63,158 bases of DNA, filler included, from Octopus bimaculoides (GCF_001194135.2; 5 parts of 5 records of this genome joined end to end with filler, not necessarily neighbours in it); one strand, 5' to 3'. Positions 37,624 through 51,628 are shown, numbered from the whole stretch's first letter. Notes: generated by a model from the sequence alone, not told the origin. A program made the numbers and translations.

Positions 37624-38324
37624 CACACATCAACGAATAGATGCTGCCACCATTCTCTCTAACATTTCTTTTCCTTACCTGCTTCTCCGTCTTCAAGTTA
37701 TGTCTTTAATATGTTTCCATTCCAGCATAATAAGATGTCAAAACACAAATTAAAAATAGAGTAAAGCTTGGAGCATCTAACACACTATTTTCTATTTATA
37801 TCGCAACGAACTTTTAAATTCTGCATCGAGTCCAGCCGCTGCGATTAAACATTGACTTTCCTCCTTATGAGGTCGATAAAATATGTAGTTGGCAGTCATG
37901 TATTGAGATCGATATAACAAACTACACCACTGTCACAAAATGTGTTTTTGTGTCTGTTGAAAATCAATATTACTGTGATTTCTCTATTTTCGAAAGACAC
38001 GAGACAATTTTAACAGCTATTAGGTTTTTGTTTTTATTCTCAGACGTAGGAGGACATATGAATAAACATCTATACCGTACAAAATTTACTAAGCAACTCC
38101 AACCTCAGTCATTGGAATTCATGCTACTGTGCCTGTTTTAGGCTGCTGTCCTTATTTTTTCCCCATAAATTTGTGCGACAGAAATTTTAAAATTATTTCA
38201 TGAGTTTCAAGCATGTAGTTTCCAGTTCAATTCCACGGTACGGCATCGTGGGAGATGTCTTCTGTAACAGCCCAACGTCGACCAATGCATTATGAAAGAA
38301 ATTAGTGTGTGTGTGTGTGTGTGC

Positions 38325-38356
<32 letters not shown>

Positions 38357-39159
38357 GTGAGTGTGTACGCGTGTGTGCTTGTGTGCGTGTGTGTGTGTTT
38401 GTGTGTGTGTCTGTGTTTTTTCCCCACCACGTATCCGGACCATAGCGATGTCAGCAAAATATTCCGATAGACTAAGTCCCTGATTGAGCAGATCAGTACC
38501 AGGATGGGTTTCTTTAAGTACTCGAAGGTCCTGCATGACAGCAATTAAATGGCTGAGCATGATGTATAAAGTACAAGGTTAAAAAATAGAAAAGAAATTC
38601 ATGATCATAAACTACGCTCCATTTCTAACCAATAGGCTCCGTTAGACTATATTAAGCTGATGTGTACAAATAGGCCGAAACATATATCCGTGATTGTCTC
38701 TTGCCTACAAGCAAAAATCAGTATACACTTTACCCAAGCATGTAATGATTTATTGCGAAAATTCTAATTTTTATAGCTTTAGTTGAACTTCTCTTTTACT
38801 TGGGAGTCCCAAACAACAATTGAGTTCAAATATTTTGTTTCATTTCTCCTATTCGGTAGAAAAAAAACATCAATACCTTACGAAGTTGATGTATACAGCA
38901 TCCGTTGCATTACATTATATAGTACATATATGTAGATAAATGCAGAAGTAGATTAGCATGTTGATGGACGCCAGGACATAGGTATAGATATCAAAGTACA
39001 TAAATACTCACATATACATACATACATATACTTTAATACACACACAGACACAAACATACGATTAATGTAAAATAAAGCTGAAGCAAATTAACACCAAATA
39101 TGCAGTGCGTGTGTTTTTATTGGCTAAACTGGCAACATGACCATCCCCAAATACAAGAA

Positions 39160-39200
<41 letters not shown>

Positions 39201-39379
39201 NNNNNNNNNNNNNNNNNNNNNNNNNNNNNNNNNNNNNNNNNNNNNNNNNNNNNNNNNNNNNNNNNNNNNNNNNNNNNNNNNNNNNNNNNNNCAGTTATGT
39301 CATATATATATATATGTAATATACATATATATATATGTATTATAAAACGAATGATGTTATACATCGCTAATCACAATGC

Positions 39380-39610
39380 ACTTCACATTCCTTTCGCTTT
39401 CGAACGATGCCATGCCACAGGCTAGGCGAGCAGTCCAACGTTTCCCTTGGTTGCAGGGCCATTCCGTTGCACTGTTAGCAATTAAGGGCTGAGTGGACTG
39501 GAGCAACAGGAAAAGAAGAGCCTCGCTCACGAAATCAACTTACCGTCCCGTCCGGGAATTGAACGCACGATCTAGTGATCGTGAGAGCAACCCCGAATTA
39601 CTCCACACAC
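39380..39610 (-). mobile_element. Diverged tRNA-derived SINE (family M related)
   Basis: gctgagtggactggagcaac...ccgggaattgaac.cacgatc (reverse-complement B box). Confidence 0.65.
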
Positions 39611-40744
39611 CCCACGCGCACACTCACACACATAAGTGGCATGCCAGCGAAATGCATTATAACTCCCTCATAGCCCCACGAATAAATTATGCAACTTTCT
39701 ATCTTACGATGCTTACAGTACGTAATTAGCAGCCATTTTGTGTCTTTTTTTTTAACTAAGAACACCGATAACACACACACACACACTTACACAGACATGT
39801 GCTCGCTCGCATACATACAAGCGCATACACACATATATCGTAAAGGCATTAGAATTTGTTTATATCCGCCTATATTTATATCTCGTGTCCCATTCCATTG
39901 TGAAACTAAAATCAATGTGTTTACTCTACAGGGACGGCTACAATCAATTTACATGGACTGTCAGTTTTTACTCAACCTGTCTGTTAGGGTTATGATTGAT
40001 ATGTGCTTTGTATTAGTACCACTCGATCAGTTTGTGCTTCTGTGTGCGTGTGTATGAGTGTGTGTGCATGCGTGTGCATATCTACGTATCTGTCTATGTC
40101 ACTATTTGTGTGTGTCCGAGTATATGTTGTTAGGTATTAGTGTCCCCAGTCAAGCCGTGTGTATATTACAGATTGTTTATGAGTCTACATAACTCTGTTT
40201 CTCTAAGTCTGACCGTGGATGTATGTCTTAGCATAAACTAATGTTTGTGATTACGCGAGTATATATGTTATTTCTGTAACTGTATTGTAAGTGGCTGGAA
40301 TGAATTGAGAGACAAGTTCTTCTAACTTATGAGGATTTTCAGTAATTTATCTATAATATTCGTGTCTGATTGTTAATTTTATTACTTCAGAGGTGTTTCC
40401 TACAGTTGAGGTGAGGAGGTTAGTGTAATGTGAATGTATATTTGTGCATGTATGTATGTATTATTGAGTGAGAGAGCCGCACACGCCATCAAAGTGACGC
40501 TACGATACAAATATACGAAACCTAATATAGCTTGCCATCTTAACTATCCGTCTGATAAGGGTACAGCAGTCTTCAAAATCCGCCGAAGTCGACTTTGCCT
40601 TTCATCCTCTCGGGATCGATTAAATAAGTACCAGTTACGCGATGGGGTCGATGTAATCGACTTAATCCCTTCCTCTCAAATTTGTGCTTCCAGTAGAAAT
40701 GGTGCATTACGCAGCATGGTGACTGCATATCAGCATAAACAACA

Positions 40745-41050
40745 CATGACTCTACAGATGGAGCCTAGTTACAATTTTCTTCAGGTCAAATAACCCATCT
40801 TCTCCAAAGTTCCCTGAATAAGGGTTGTTTAAGGATGATGAACGAAACACCCATGTTTTAATAGGTGAATTATTCAAATCGCAAACAATCCCTTTCATTA
40901 TATGAAAGTAACTGACAAGCAAATCTTTGGTATTGATCAGAATATTTGCTGTAGCCCATCTTTAACACCAAGACAAAGCACATACATATAACACGTCCAA
41001 TCAGTTAAGATCAGAAGCCACGAGAGCCACTGACTGCTATTGCATAAAGG
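40745..41050 (+). mobile_element. Repeat family C, internally deleted copy (others at 54995-55290 minus and 56457-56850 plus)
   Basis: Shares gaacgaaacacccat...ggtgaattat, cagaatatttgctgtagcccatc and ccaatcagttaagatcagaagcca.gagagc.actg with the other two copies. Confidence 0.8.
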
Positions 41051-42164
41051 CATATGATGTATGTATGTATGTATGTATATACATACAACTGGAGATTGCT
41101 CTACATATTGCATTTAATGTAATGCTCGCATTACTTAAATAGATGGAGTAGCATGAAACGGGCGTACTGCAATCATCTTTGAAATCCGTGTTGCTTATTT
41201 TGATTTTTTGATCACCTCGTTTTTGGAATGGTTTTTGTATAATACCATACCATACTATATTCTGGTGTCTAAACATAAGTACCATATTCAATCTTGAATC
41301 TAAATCTAAACTTTCTATGCATGTATGTATGTATGTATGTATGTATGTATGTATGTATGTATGTATGTACGTATGTATGTATGAGTGTGTGTGTGTGTAT
41401 ATATGTATGTATGTACATATGTGTCTGAATTTGTGATATGGACCCTATACGCAATGTCATATTTAATCCTGTAACATTATGATTGAGCTCCACTTTCATG
41501 TGCATTTTAATTTTTATTAATACTGTAACAGGCATCCGAACCACCAAATTTTGATGTTCCTTAATTGCGGGTAACCGAAAAACTTAAAAAATTAACATTA
41601 ACTCTTACAAGCAGGCTTCTGAAAAAAAAAACAAAAAAAAACGTTGAAGTGGAAATCATTATTTCCAATTAGGAAACATTTTTTTATAAACAACTGGACA
41701 TTTGGATTTGATTGATACTGCCCAATAATTTTCTTTGAATAGATATTAAACTGACTGATAGCTAGCCAAAAAACAAAATGACTTTACGACAGTAGGAAGT
41801 TAAGATTGTTGATGGCTATCTGTCAAATTTAAATAAGGCCTTCTGCGGAGGGAGAAACGAGAGAGCAGATGTGACGAACGCAATTAACCGTTTACAAAAA
41901 TCGCTATTCTGCATTCGCTGTTTGTTATGAGAACATGATTTGTCAGAAATCAAGAACTCGTCCATGAACGATCTGAACTGGAACTAAATTTAAAGTTACA
42001 CTAAGGCAGATGACACTCGCATTCTTCTTACACACTCTCTCTGCTTCTCTTTCTCTTTCTCTCTCTCTCACTCTCTCTCTCTCTCTCACTCTATTACTAT
42101 CTATCTCTGTCTCTACCGTTCATCCTTCCATTATTACTGAACCAGTTAACATCTACACCACTGT

Positions 42165-42310
42165 AAGCGTGGCTATGTGGTAAGAAGTTTGCTTCCCAAT
42201 CACATGGTTCGTGGGTCAGTCCCACGTTACGCAAGTGCGTTCTACTGAAGCCTCGGGTCGACCAACGTTTTGTGAATAGAGTTGGTGACGGACACTGAAA
42301 GAAACCCCTC

Positions 42311-42347
<37 letters not shown>

Positions 42348-42551
42348 ATATATATATGGAAAAGAAACACGAAAATGCTACTTTCTTAAAATTAGGTACA
42401 TTTAAATTTGTTTATATAAATACATTAAAAAAATGTTTTTGTGTTACATGTNNNNNNNNNNNNNNNNNNNNNNNNNNNNNNNNNNNNNNNNNNNNTTAAT
42501 TAATTAANNNNNNNNNNNNNNNNNNNNNNNNNNNNNNNNNNNNNNNNNNNN

Positions 42552-42596
<45 letters not shown>

Positions 42597-42755
42597 GTAT
42601 GTATGTATATATATGTATATGTTTGTGTGCTTGCGTTTGTCCCCGCCACTATCGCTTATCGCTTGACGACCGATCTTGGTTTGTTTACGGCCCCGTGTCT
42701 TAGTAGTTCTGCAAAAAGGGACCGATAGAATAGGTACTAGGCTTACAAAGAATAT
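42165..42755 (+). mobile_element. Family B SINE split by an expanded (TA)n and a scaffold gap
   Basis: Head gcgtggctatgtggtaagaag...gggtcagtccc at 42165-42310; body gtttgtcccccgccactatcgctt...gtactaggcttacaaagaata at 42620-42755. Confidence 0.75.
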
Positions 42756-43047
42756 GCTGATAGTGTGAGAGTGATTTGGGGAAGTAATGATGGTCAGTGA
42801 TAGGTTACTAATGCAAAACAAAATGATGTGTATGTTGGTCTACTAAATATCTCAAAGTGAGACAGCTTTTGCCTTCAGCATGATTATTGATTACTTTATT
42901 TCCGATATTTGGCTAAAAAAACAGTAAATTATTTTACTGTTTAATCATGTAAGTCTGCTACGTTGAATATTGATCACACAGCTTTGAATGTAATGCTTTG
43001 TCACTCATCTGGAACTGAAATGAAATACCGTATCTCTCTTTCTCTCC

Positions 43048-43078
<31 letters not shown>

Positions 43079-43841
43079 AATATCACTCTCTCTGCGATTG
43101 TTTGCTTACCCGATTGTCTAAATACTCTCTCTGTCTCACCACACACACGTAGGGAGACTGACGGGCCCAACACACACACACACACACGCGCGTGCGTGCG
43201 CGCAGATAAAGATATGTTATGTGTACTATAAAACATAATACGTCCAGGTGTTGTGGAAACCTAATGTCCAAAGTTATCGCTAGAACAGGAAGTAGTCTGG
43301 CTTTTTAATTGATTTCAAATTATAGCGACAAATGCAGACTTGTGGTTAAATCTCCCAGAAATGAGGAACGTGAAAAGCTTGTGTTTCTCTTTTNNNNNNN
43401 NNNNNNNNNNNNNNNNNNNNNNNNNNNNNNNNNNNNNNNNNNNNNNNNNNNNNNNNNNNNNNNNNNNNNNNNNNNNNNNNNNNNNNNNNNNNNNNNNNNN
43501 NNNNNNNNNNNNNNNNNNNNNNNNNNNNNNNNNNNNNNNNNNNNNNNNNNNNNNNNNNNNNNNNNNNNNNNNNNNNNNNNNNNNNNNNNNNNNNNNNNNN
43601 NNNNNNNNNNNNNNNNNNNNNNNNNNNNNNNNNNNNNNNNNNNNNNNNNNNNNNNNNNNNNNNNNNNNNNNNNNNNNNNNNNNNNNNNNNNNNNNNNNNN
43701 NNNNNNNNNNNNNNNNNNNNNNNNNNNNNNNNNNNNNNNNNNNNNNGATAGATAGATAGATTCAGATGAATATGGTACTTAAGTTGAGGCACCAGAATTT
43801 AGTACGGTATTATCCATACAATTTCAAAATAAAGTCATTAA

Positions 43842-44013
43842 AATCAAAATAAGCAACAAGGATATCCAGAGGTAATGCTGTACGATCGTTTCACGCAACT
43901 CCATTTAATTGAACAATGCAATTGATGTAATGGTTGCATTGTTCAATTAAATGGAGTTGCGTGAAACGACCATACTACATTACCTCTGGATATCCTTGTT
44001 GCTTATTTTGATT
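43842..44013. repeat. Long palindrome: 80-bp arms, 4 mismatches, 12-nt loop (MITE/foldback-like)
   Basis: Left arm 43842-43921 aatcaaaataagcaacaaggatatccagaggtaatg...aattgaacaatgcaa; right arm 43934-44013 is its reverse complement. A diverged single arm occurs at about 41130-41205. Confidence 0.95.
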
Positions 44014-45419
44014 GATATATATATATATATATTTTGGTGTTCTTTTCTAATATATAAACATACACAATTACTATGGCCTTAAGATTTGCCGAGAGTGTAT
44101 TTGTATTCGTTATTCCGATTCATCCTTTTCACAAATATATTAATATTTGCCTGGTGCACATTTTAGTGACAATTCTTTAGATAAAATATGAAGTTCTTGA
44201 CAAAAACCACAAAATACACATGACTGACCGCAAAACCGAGACAAGAAAGAAATTTTGTGATTATGTATATTTGTGAGTATATGTAAGTCTTTATGTTTTC
44301 CTGTGTATATATGTATGAACGTGTGTTATTGGTTGGATTTAAATATCTGAAGAAATAACTGTTCTATGTGTAATTGGTGATCGATTTAATCTGCAGTTGT
44401 GTTGCTATCTCTCAGCTTCTAACTAGAATCCTGCTAAATTTAATAAAGTCTCATTTCGCTTGAAGACATTTCAGTATTACTAGATTATTAAGAAACTAGT
44501 CACGAATCAAAGAAAAACCTCCCAAAGTTAGAGTAGTTCCATAGAATTACCGTAATACTCATATAATAAACTTATTTATCGACGATTTTTTTTTTTTTCT
44601 TGCCAAAGACATTGTTTAATGTTCAGTAAAAGATGCAGAAATTGCTGTGGAACGCTTTACAGAATTTAGTTTTCTGATTAATTGGAACTCAGAATATGTC
44701 ATAATTCAAATTATCCAATCGAAGAATTTAGATACAAAATTTACACAACAATAAATTCCTTCACAGAGCTCTCTTCAATACAAACGCAGATATCCTGTTG
44801 CTTTTATCCGCGGCGTCGAATATCGAATGCATTCGCTCTCCACCTTTATAACCCCCCAACTTCTAACTCTTTCTTTTCTTCTCACTCGTTTAATAGAATT
44901 AGTTGTTCGTTACAACCACTATATATAAGAACAAATATTTCTTTTTATTGACGATCAGGTGAGGAGTACCTTTTTAAAAGTTAAAAAAATAACCTGATTC
45001 AAATTTATGAGGAGCATCGTCAAAAAGGTTGATGCAAATTCCGCAGTTAGGGTGGCCTAGCATGTTTTTTTTTTATTCCTATAGTGATTTCTGTGGATAA
45101 TTTGTCATCGCTACTGATGTCGATGCATCGGTTAAAAACCTCTTTTTAAAATTATATANNNNNNNNNNNNNNNNNNNNNNNNNNNNNNNNNNNNNNNNNN
45201 NNNNNNNNNNNNNNNNNNNNNNNNNNNNNNNNNNNNNNNNNNNNNNNNNNNNNNNNNNNNNNNNNNNNNNNNNNNNNNNNNNNNNNNNNNNNNNNNNNNN
45301 NNNNNNNNNNNNNNNNNNNNNNNNNNNNNNNNNNNNNNNNNNNNNNNNNNNNNNNNNNNNNNNNNNNNNNNNNNNNNNNNNNNNNNNNNNNNNNNNNNNN
45401 NNNNNNNNNCCTACTGGGT

Positions 45420-45690
45420 GGTACCTATGGCAATTGTCTTCTACTATAACATCGGGATGACCGAATCTTTGTAAGTGGATTTGGTAGACAGGAACCGAAA
45501 GAAGCCAGTCCGTCATGTGTGTGTGTGTGTGTGTATGTGTGTATCTTCCGCCACCACTTGGCAACCAGTGTTGGTTTGTTTACATCCACGTAACTTAGAC
45601 AGAATAAGTACCAAGAGTCAACTCGTTCGTCTAAAAATTCTTCAAGGCCGTACACCAGCATGGCTGCAGTTTAATGACTGAATTAGATAA
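45420..45690 (+). mobile_element. Diverged family B SINE
   Basis: ggcaattgtcttctactataac...gtggatttggtagacaggaaccgaaagaagcc...ggccgtacaccagcatggctgcagt. Confidence 0.8.
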
Positions 45691-46428
45691 AACAGATAAA
45701 TGGGTATATATTATCTAGAGTAAATATTTTATGCATATTTTGAATAACACATAATTCAAAATCAACAATAAGATTGTTTTTCAATGCATTATTCAATAAC
45801 GTACAAGGAGCAATAATTTAGAGATTTTAATAATCCTTTCTATAGGTACAAGGCCTGAAATTTTCGGAGAGGGAGCTAGTCGATTAGTGGTATTTATTTC
45901 TTCAACCCCGAAAGAATGCAAGGCGAAATACATCATTACAAAATAAGTTGATAGAATAATAAAGATACAGCATGTTTCACTCTCTTAATACATTAAGTCA
46001 TAGAAGCCTGTAAAAATGCGTAGAAGTATACACACATTTAAATATTTACATAACTACGTTACTCCGTAATCTCAAATTTATGTATGTATTTTAAAAAAAG
46101 CTCCTTTTCAGATTTTATTTTATTTATTTATTTATTTTTTTTTTTTTGCAAAAATAAACAATATATAAGCACAGGTGATTGTGAATGTGAACAATTAGTA
46201 TGTATCAGAATATACACAGATATCACTAAATAAATAGTAAAATTGAATTTGGAAAGTTAATAGCGAATTACATTCTGAAAATTAACAGCCACTTAGTGAA
46301 GCAGCGAATGTTTATTGTGAATATTATTTGCAGCGTAAAAAAAATTTTCAGCGTAGAACGAAGACATTTTAATAGCATTTGCAACGTAAAAAAGTTTCAA
46401 CATAAAACGAAAACGTTTTAATGGCATT

Positions 46429-47356
46429 AATATTGAAATGACAGTTTAAGGCGGTGAGCTGGTAGAATCGTTAGCACATAAGTTGAAATGCTTAGCGGCA
46501 TTTCGTCCGTCGTTAGCTTCTGAGTTCAAATTCCGCTAAGGTCGACCTTGCCATTCAACCTTTCGTTGTCGATATATGTACCAGCTGAGCACAGGAGCCC
46601 ATGTAATCGACTTAACCCCTCGCCCAAAATTTCTTGACTTGTGAAACAATTTGAAACTAATATCAAGATATTAGTAAGGCGTGAGATGGCAGAAACGTTA
46701 GAACGCTGGGTGAAATGCTTAGCGGTATTTCGTCTGCCGTTAAGTTCTGAGTTCAAATTCCGCCGAAGTCGACTTTGTCTTTCATCCTTTCGGGGTCGAA
46801 AAATTAAGTACCAGTTACGCACTGGGGTCGATGTAATCGGCTTAATCCTTTTGTCTGTCCTTGTTTGTCCCCTCTATGTTTAGCCCCGCGTGGAAATAAA
46901 GAAATAAGAAACGTTAGCACGCCGGACGAAATGCTTAGCGGTATGTCCTCTGTCTTTACGTTCTGAGTTCAAATTCCGCCTAGGTCGATTTTGTCTTTTA
47001 TTCTTTTGGGGTCGATAGATTAAGTACCAGCTGCGTACTAGGGTCGATCTACTCAAATAGCCCCCTCCCCAGAAATGTTGTGCCTTGTGCCATGAATAGA
47101 AAAGAATATTAAGATATTAGTTTAAGGCAGCGAGCTGGCAGAATCTTAGCACACCGGGCAAAAAGCTTAGCGGTATTTTGCTTGTCTTTAGCTTTTGAGT
47201 TCAAATTCTCTCGAGATCAGCTTTACCTTTCATGCTTTCGGGGACGATAAAATGAATATCAGCCAAGTATCTGTGTCGATGTAATTGAATTACCTCTCTC
47301 CAGAAATTAAGGTCCTTGTGTCAAAATTTGAAACCAATGTTAAGTTATGTTCTTAA
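46429..47356 (+). mobile_element. Head-to-tail array of four family D SINE units with recurrent AT-rich spacers
   Basis: Units start at 46448, 46676, about 46910 (5'-clipped, dimer-like) and 47124. Spacers are aatattgaaatgacagttt, aatatcaagatattagt, aatattaagatattagttt and aatgttaagttatgttctt. Confidence 0.9.
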
Positions 47357-47734
47357 CAAAAAACTAAATGGCAAAATACCTGAAGAAGTACACATCGAAA
47401 GTTTCGTAAGTACTACTGGGCATAATGCACGGTTAAAATGTATTTGTAAAAATCTACGATTTTGTGTTATTATCTCCATCGGTAAATGATAACAAATATA
47501 TTGTATATCAGGGTAAAATTAATAGATATTAAAGGAAAAATAAGTTATTTTAGGAAAAAAAAAACGCTGGCTTGAAGCATAATAATTTTTTTCCGACTAC
47601 AAGCATTATTAGAGTTAATAGAATTTAGTGAAATTGTCATAGAGAACTAATGCTCTTTGCTCCATTCGTTCGTTCGTGTTTACTAGATATGTTTGCGTAT
47701 GCGTGTCTGGCTGCTATAAAATCACCTGGAGAAT

Positions 47735-47900
47735 GTACGAAAAAAAAAACAACAACAGACGAGGACAGGTGGTGTAAACAACAAAATGATGTATTAGTTT
47801 GACGCTCGGGAATACAGAAAGTCTTTAACGTTTCGAGCTACGCTCTTCAACAGAAAGAATACGGAGAAAACAAGGAGAAAAAACACGGAGAAAAAAATTG
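47735..47900. mobile_element. Short repeat resembling Penelope-like element termini; similar-type fragment at 62345-62455
   Basis: acgtttcgagctacgctcttcaacag resembles the reverse complement of the ctgaagaag...cgaaacgt motif at PLE ends. Recognised from memory only. Confidence 0.35.
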
Positions 47901-47972
47901 AATGGTTTGGTCAGCGATCTATATATATATGAAGAGAGAGAGAGAAAGTGAGAGAGAGGGATAGGTAGATAA

Positions 47973-48035
<63 letters not shown>

Positions 48036-48375
48036 AATATATAGTAATTAATACATATGTATACGTATATATATATGTATATATATGTGTGTGTGTATGA
48101 AAGTATGAATGCATGCATATCTGTGTGTGAGTGTATGCGCGCGCGCGTGTGTGTGCAGGCAAACCGTTATGATGGTAAGTGTGGGGAACCTTTATATTCC
48201 AATAATCAGCTGAATCCAAGACTGGATTCTGTTGAATAAGGCGATAGCCATAACATGGAAATGGTCCAAACTTTTATCATAAAGAGTGTGCTTTGTAATA
48301 ACTTGCCTCCAGAGACTTTCGCATTAAGTATCAGTTTATGAAATAGGTAAGAGGAATTCACAAACACACACACAG

Positions 48376-48415
<40 letters not shown>

Positions 48416-48660
48416 AATTTACAGGGACATGCACGTACTGTTTCTGTATATATCTCTGTTTCTTTTTAAGTGTATATATTCATTAAAAGTATATATACGT
48501 ATATACATAACGATATAATATATATGCATATATATAATTATGTATTACATATATTAATATTATATATGAGATACAAATATGCATGCACACATACATATAC
48601 ATACATATATATATATATGTATATATATAGAGATACATACATACATATATATATATACAC

Positions 48661-48701
<41 letters not shown>

Positions 48702-49975
48702 ACACAAGAGATAAATCGATTATGAAGATTTGGAGATTGCATAAAAGAAACAATTTTTTCCCCTCTTTATGTTATTTCTTTTACCAAACAATTTTGGACA
48801 AGTGTGTAACTGGAAAGTATTGCAGAATTAAGCGTTTGCCCTGTGGCATTTTCCTTGCTGTTTCTTCTATCGTATGGTATTCTACCTGAAAATCTAGAAG
48901 AATGGTTGGACTGTATCAGATTTCACTAACCTTACTTCAATGATTAGATAATGGACACCCTTTGAAAGTTTATTTATTTTATTTTATTTTCATTTTATTT
49001 TCTCCTTCAATTTTTCTTTATCATATTTTTTTACATTTTTATAACATTCTGCTTTTTATCTTTCTTTTTACCTTACGTTTCTATTCGTCTCCATTTATAT
49101 TTTACTTTATCTAATTTTGCTACACTTTCTTTTTTCGAGTCTTTTCCTCATTTATCTTCATTCAATGCTTAATGTTTTCCTTTCTTGCCTTTCATTCTTT
49201 TAGTTCTGCTCACTTCATTTCTTTTTTTTCATCTTCGTCATTCGTTGTATTCGTTTCGTCAGGTTTCGCCAGTCTTATTTCGTCGTGTCTTTCCACTTAC
49301 TTTATTTTCTATAGTTTAATTTTTGTGCCTTATTTATTTATTAACTTATTATTATTTTCCTTCATTGCTATCCTCACGTCATTTGGATTTTATTCTATCT
49401 GTAGCTTCCTAGTTCTCCTGAATAGTTCCTACCCGTTCTATCGTCCTTCATATCTTGTGTTACTTTTTATTTTTAAGCTAAAAATGGCGACTTCATACAC
49501 AATCCCAACAATAAAGTGATGCATCACTGTTGGACATCTGCATCACTAATACGACACTATACGTTTGAAATGCATAATGCATACTGTCTCAGCCAACTGT
49601 GCAGCGAATGTCCATTTTACTGTTTGGTGTATTTTTTATGGGTTTTTGAAAGCTAAAGTTTATCTGTGCCAGTGTATAAATTCTCCGAGAATCATTACTT
49701 TGCTTTTACAAGTGAGTCAGTTGGAGTAGTTTTAGGTTCAAGGCTTTATTTTGGAACAGCAATCATGTTGAACAACAAAAATAAATGTGATATAAGGAAT
49801 ATTCCAGCTGCATAAGTGAAGTTATAAGAAGCATGGTAGCTGCATTATAAAGGATATAATGTACATGGTGGTTGCATAAGCGAGCATATAAGGGACATGG
49901 AAGTTGCGTAAATAATGTCAAAAAAAACTAATCACGTAAACAACATAATTCAAGTAGCTCCAAAGGAATTAATAC

Positions 49976-49978
49976 AGC

Positions 49979-50037
<59 letters not shown>

Positions 50038-50130
50038 TAGAAGAAGAAGACAAGAGGAGGAGGAGGAGGAAGAAGAAGAAGAAGAAGAAGAAGAAGAAGA
50101 AGAAGAAGAAGAAGAAGAAGAAGAAGAACA
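49976..50130. repeat. Compound (AAT)n/(GAG)n/(GAA)n microsatellite
   Basis: Direct inspection. Confidence 0.95.
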
Positions 50131-50938
50131 CAGGAAATGTGTCAAGGCCGACAGGAAGCGGTCCAGCTTCCTAGGGCTAAATAGCAGCAGTATGATTCCC
50201 TTATTGGGACTGTCACATTAAGTTGACAATATACAACTGCTTTATCGTAACACTGCTGCTTAAGTCTCTCTGTGAGATTTATAATTAGATCATTTCTAAT
50301 ATATGTATATATATATATGCGTGTCAATATGTATACAATGCAGTTCATATGTTAAAAATTTTACCAATCTTAATTATCTTCTTTGCTTTCTCCCCAAAAT
50401 AGTTATTATTTATTGATTGAAGTCAGGGGGAAGAGTAACATGAAATGTGTTTCATCTGTACCTTTGCATGCAATATAACGCAGATTCACATACACACACA
50501 TAAACATACATACATATTGTCAAACACACACGTACCCACGCGCCGAAAGCGAGGAAATGCAACATGGACCTTACATTTTAGAAACAGATTTAGTCGCATA
50601 CCTTTAAGCATTTCATGGTCAGCGTGCATAATACGCTCTCCAATCTTCAGTACAACATAATCAGAACATATAAATATTAACATTCATACATACCAAGCGA
50701 ACAGCAAACGTATCCAACATAACATATACAAATGTTCACACATTTATCCATGCAAAAGGCAGGCTTCTCAAGTTACATCTCGGTTGCACGTTTATAGTCG
50801 GAATAATTCAACACTGAATATATTCCGGTTTAACTTTCAAATAAAATATAAGGATAAAATATATAAGAATTTATCAAGTGGCTTTAGAGTCCCATTACAG
50901 TGTGAGGCGTTTATTTATAGTAATAGCCCTTAATATAA

Positions 50939-50978
<40 letters not shown>

Positions 50979-51184
50979 TTATATTAAGAGTTATTACTAT
51001 AAGATGTAAGAAAACCATAGTTTAACAGTGACGATGATAGCAGTTTTNNNNNNNNNNNNNNNNNNNNNNNNNNNNNNNNNNNNNNNNNNNNTTAATTAAT
51101 TAANNNNNNNNNNNNNNNNNNNNNNNNNNNNNNNNNNNNNNNNNNNNTATATATGTGTATATATATGTATGTATGTATATATGT

Positions 51185-51445
51185 ATGTATACTGAGCTGA
51201 TACACCCTTCGGTCATGAATGACAATGGGATTGCACCTAGAACGTTACCCTCACAGGAACAAGTCCGGGAAGGGCTGTTTATGGAAGACCAGCAGTCGCC
51301 CATGCATACCGGCCTCCCCTCTCCACGCCACCAGTGTTTCCCAAGGGAAAGACAAAGGCCGATACAGCTGGGCACCTGTGACGTTGCAACACATTTCTAC
51401 AGCTGAGTGAGCTGAAGCAACGTGAAATAAAGTGCCTTGCTCAAG
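51185..51445 (-). mobile_element. SINE family M, 5'-truncated
   Basis: Reverse complement of 4860-5125; ends cagctgagtgagctgaagcaacgtgaaataaagtgccttgctcaag. Confidence 0.8.
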
Positions 51446-51571
51446 TGATTTGATAAGGTGTATTTAAACACGTATGCATATGTATATATATATATGTATG
51501 TGTGTGTTTGTGTGTGAGTGTGTTTGCGTGTGTGTGTATGAATGTACACACACACACACACACACATATAA

Positions 51572-51628
<57 letters not shown>

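Noticed and set aside
46329-46428. Roughly 50-bp imperfect tandem duplication upstream of the SINE array
   Set aside because: Ordinary local slippage in AT-rich DNA with no further structure.
46429-47356. Repeat-spacer arrangement resembling a CRISPR array
   Set aside because: The long units are tRNA-derived SINEs and the short units are degenerate AT-rich target-like sequences. There are no cas genes and the context is eukaryotic.
49172-49519. Hydrophobic 115-aa ORF resembling a membrane protein
   Set aside because: It is the translation of a T-rich low-complexity tract (Phe/Leu/Ser bias).
50590-50645. Possible minus-strand micro-exon IGERIMHADHEMLK with a GTATGC donor; similar short candidates near 20268-20314, 39947-39975, 45085-45130, 52140-52165
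   Set aside because: They are short, cannot be chained into a consistent gene model, and match no protein I recognise.
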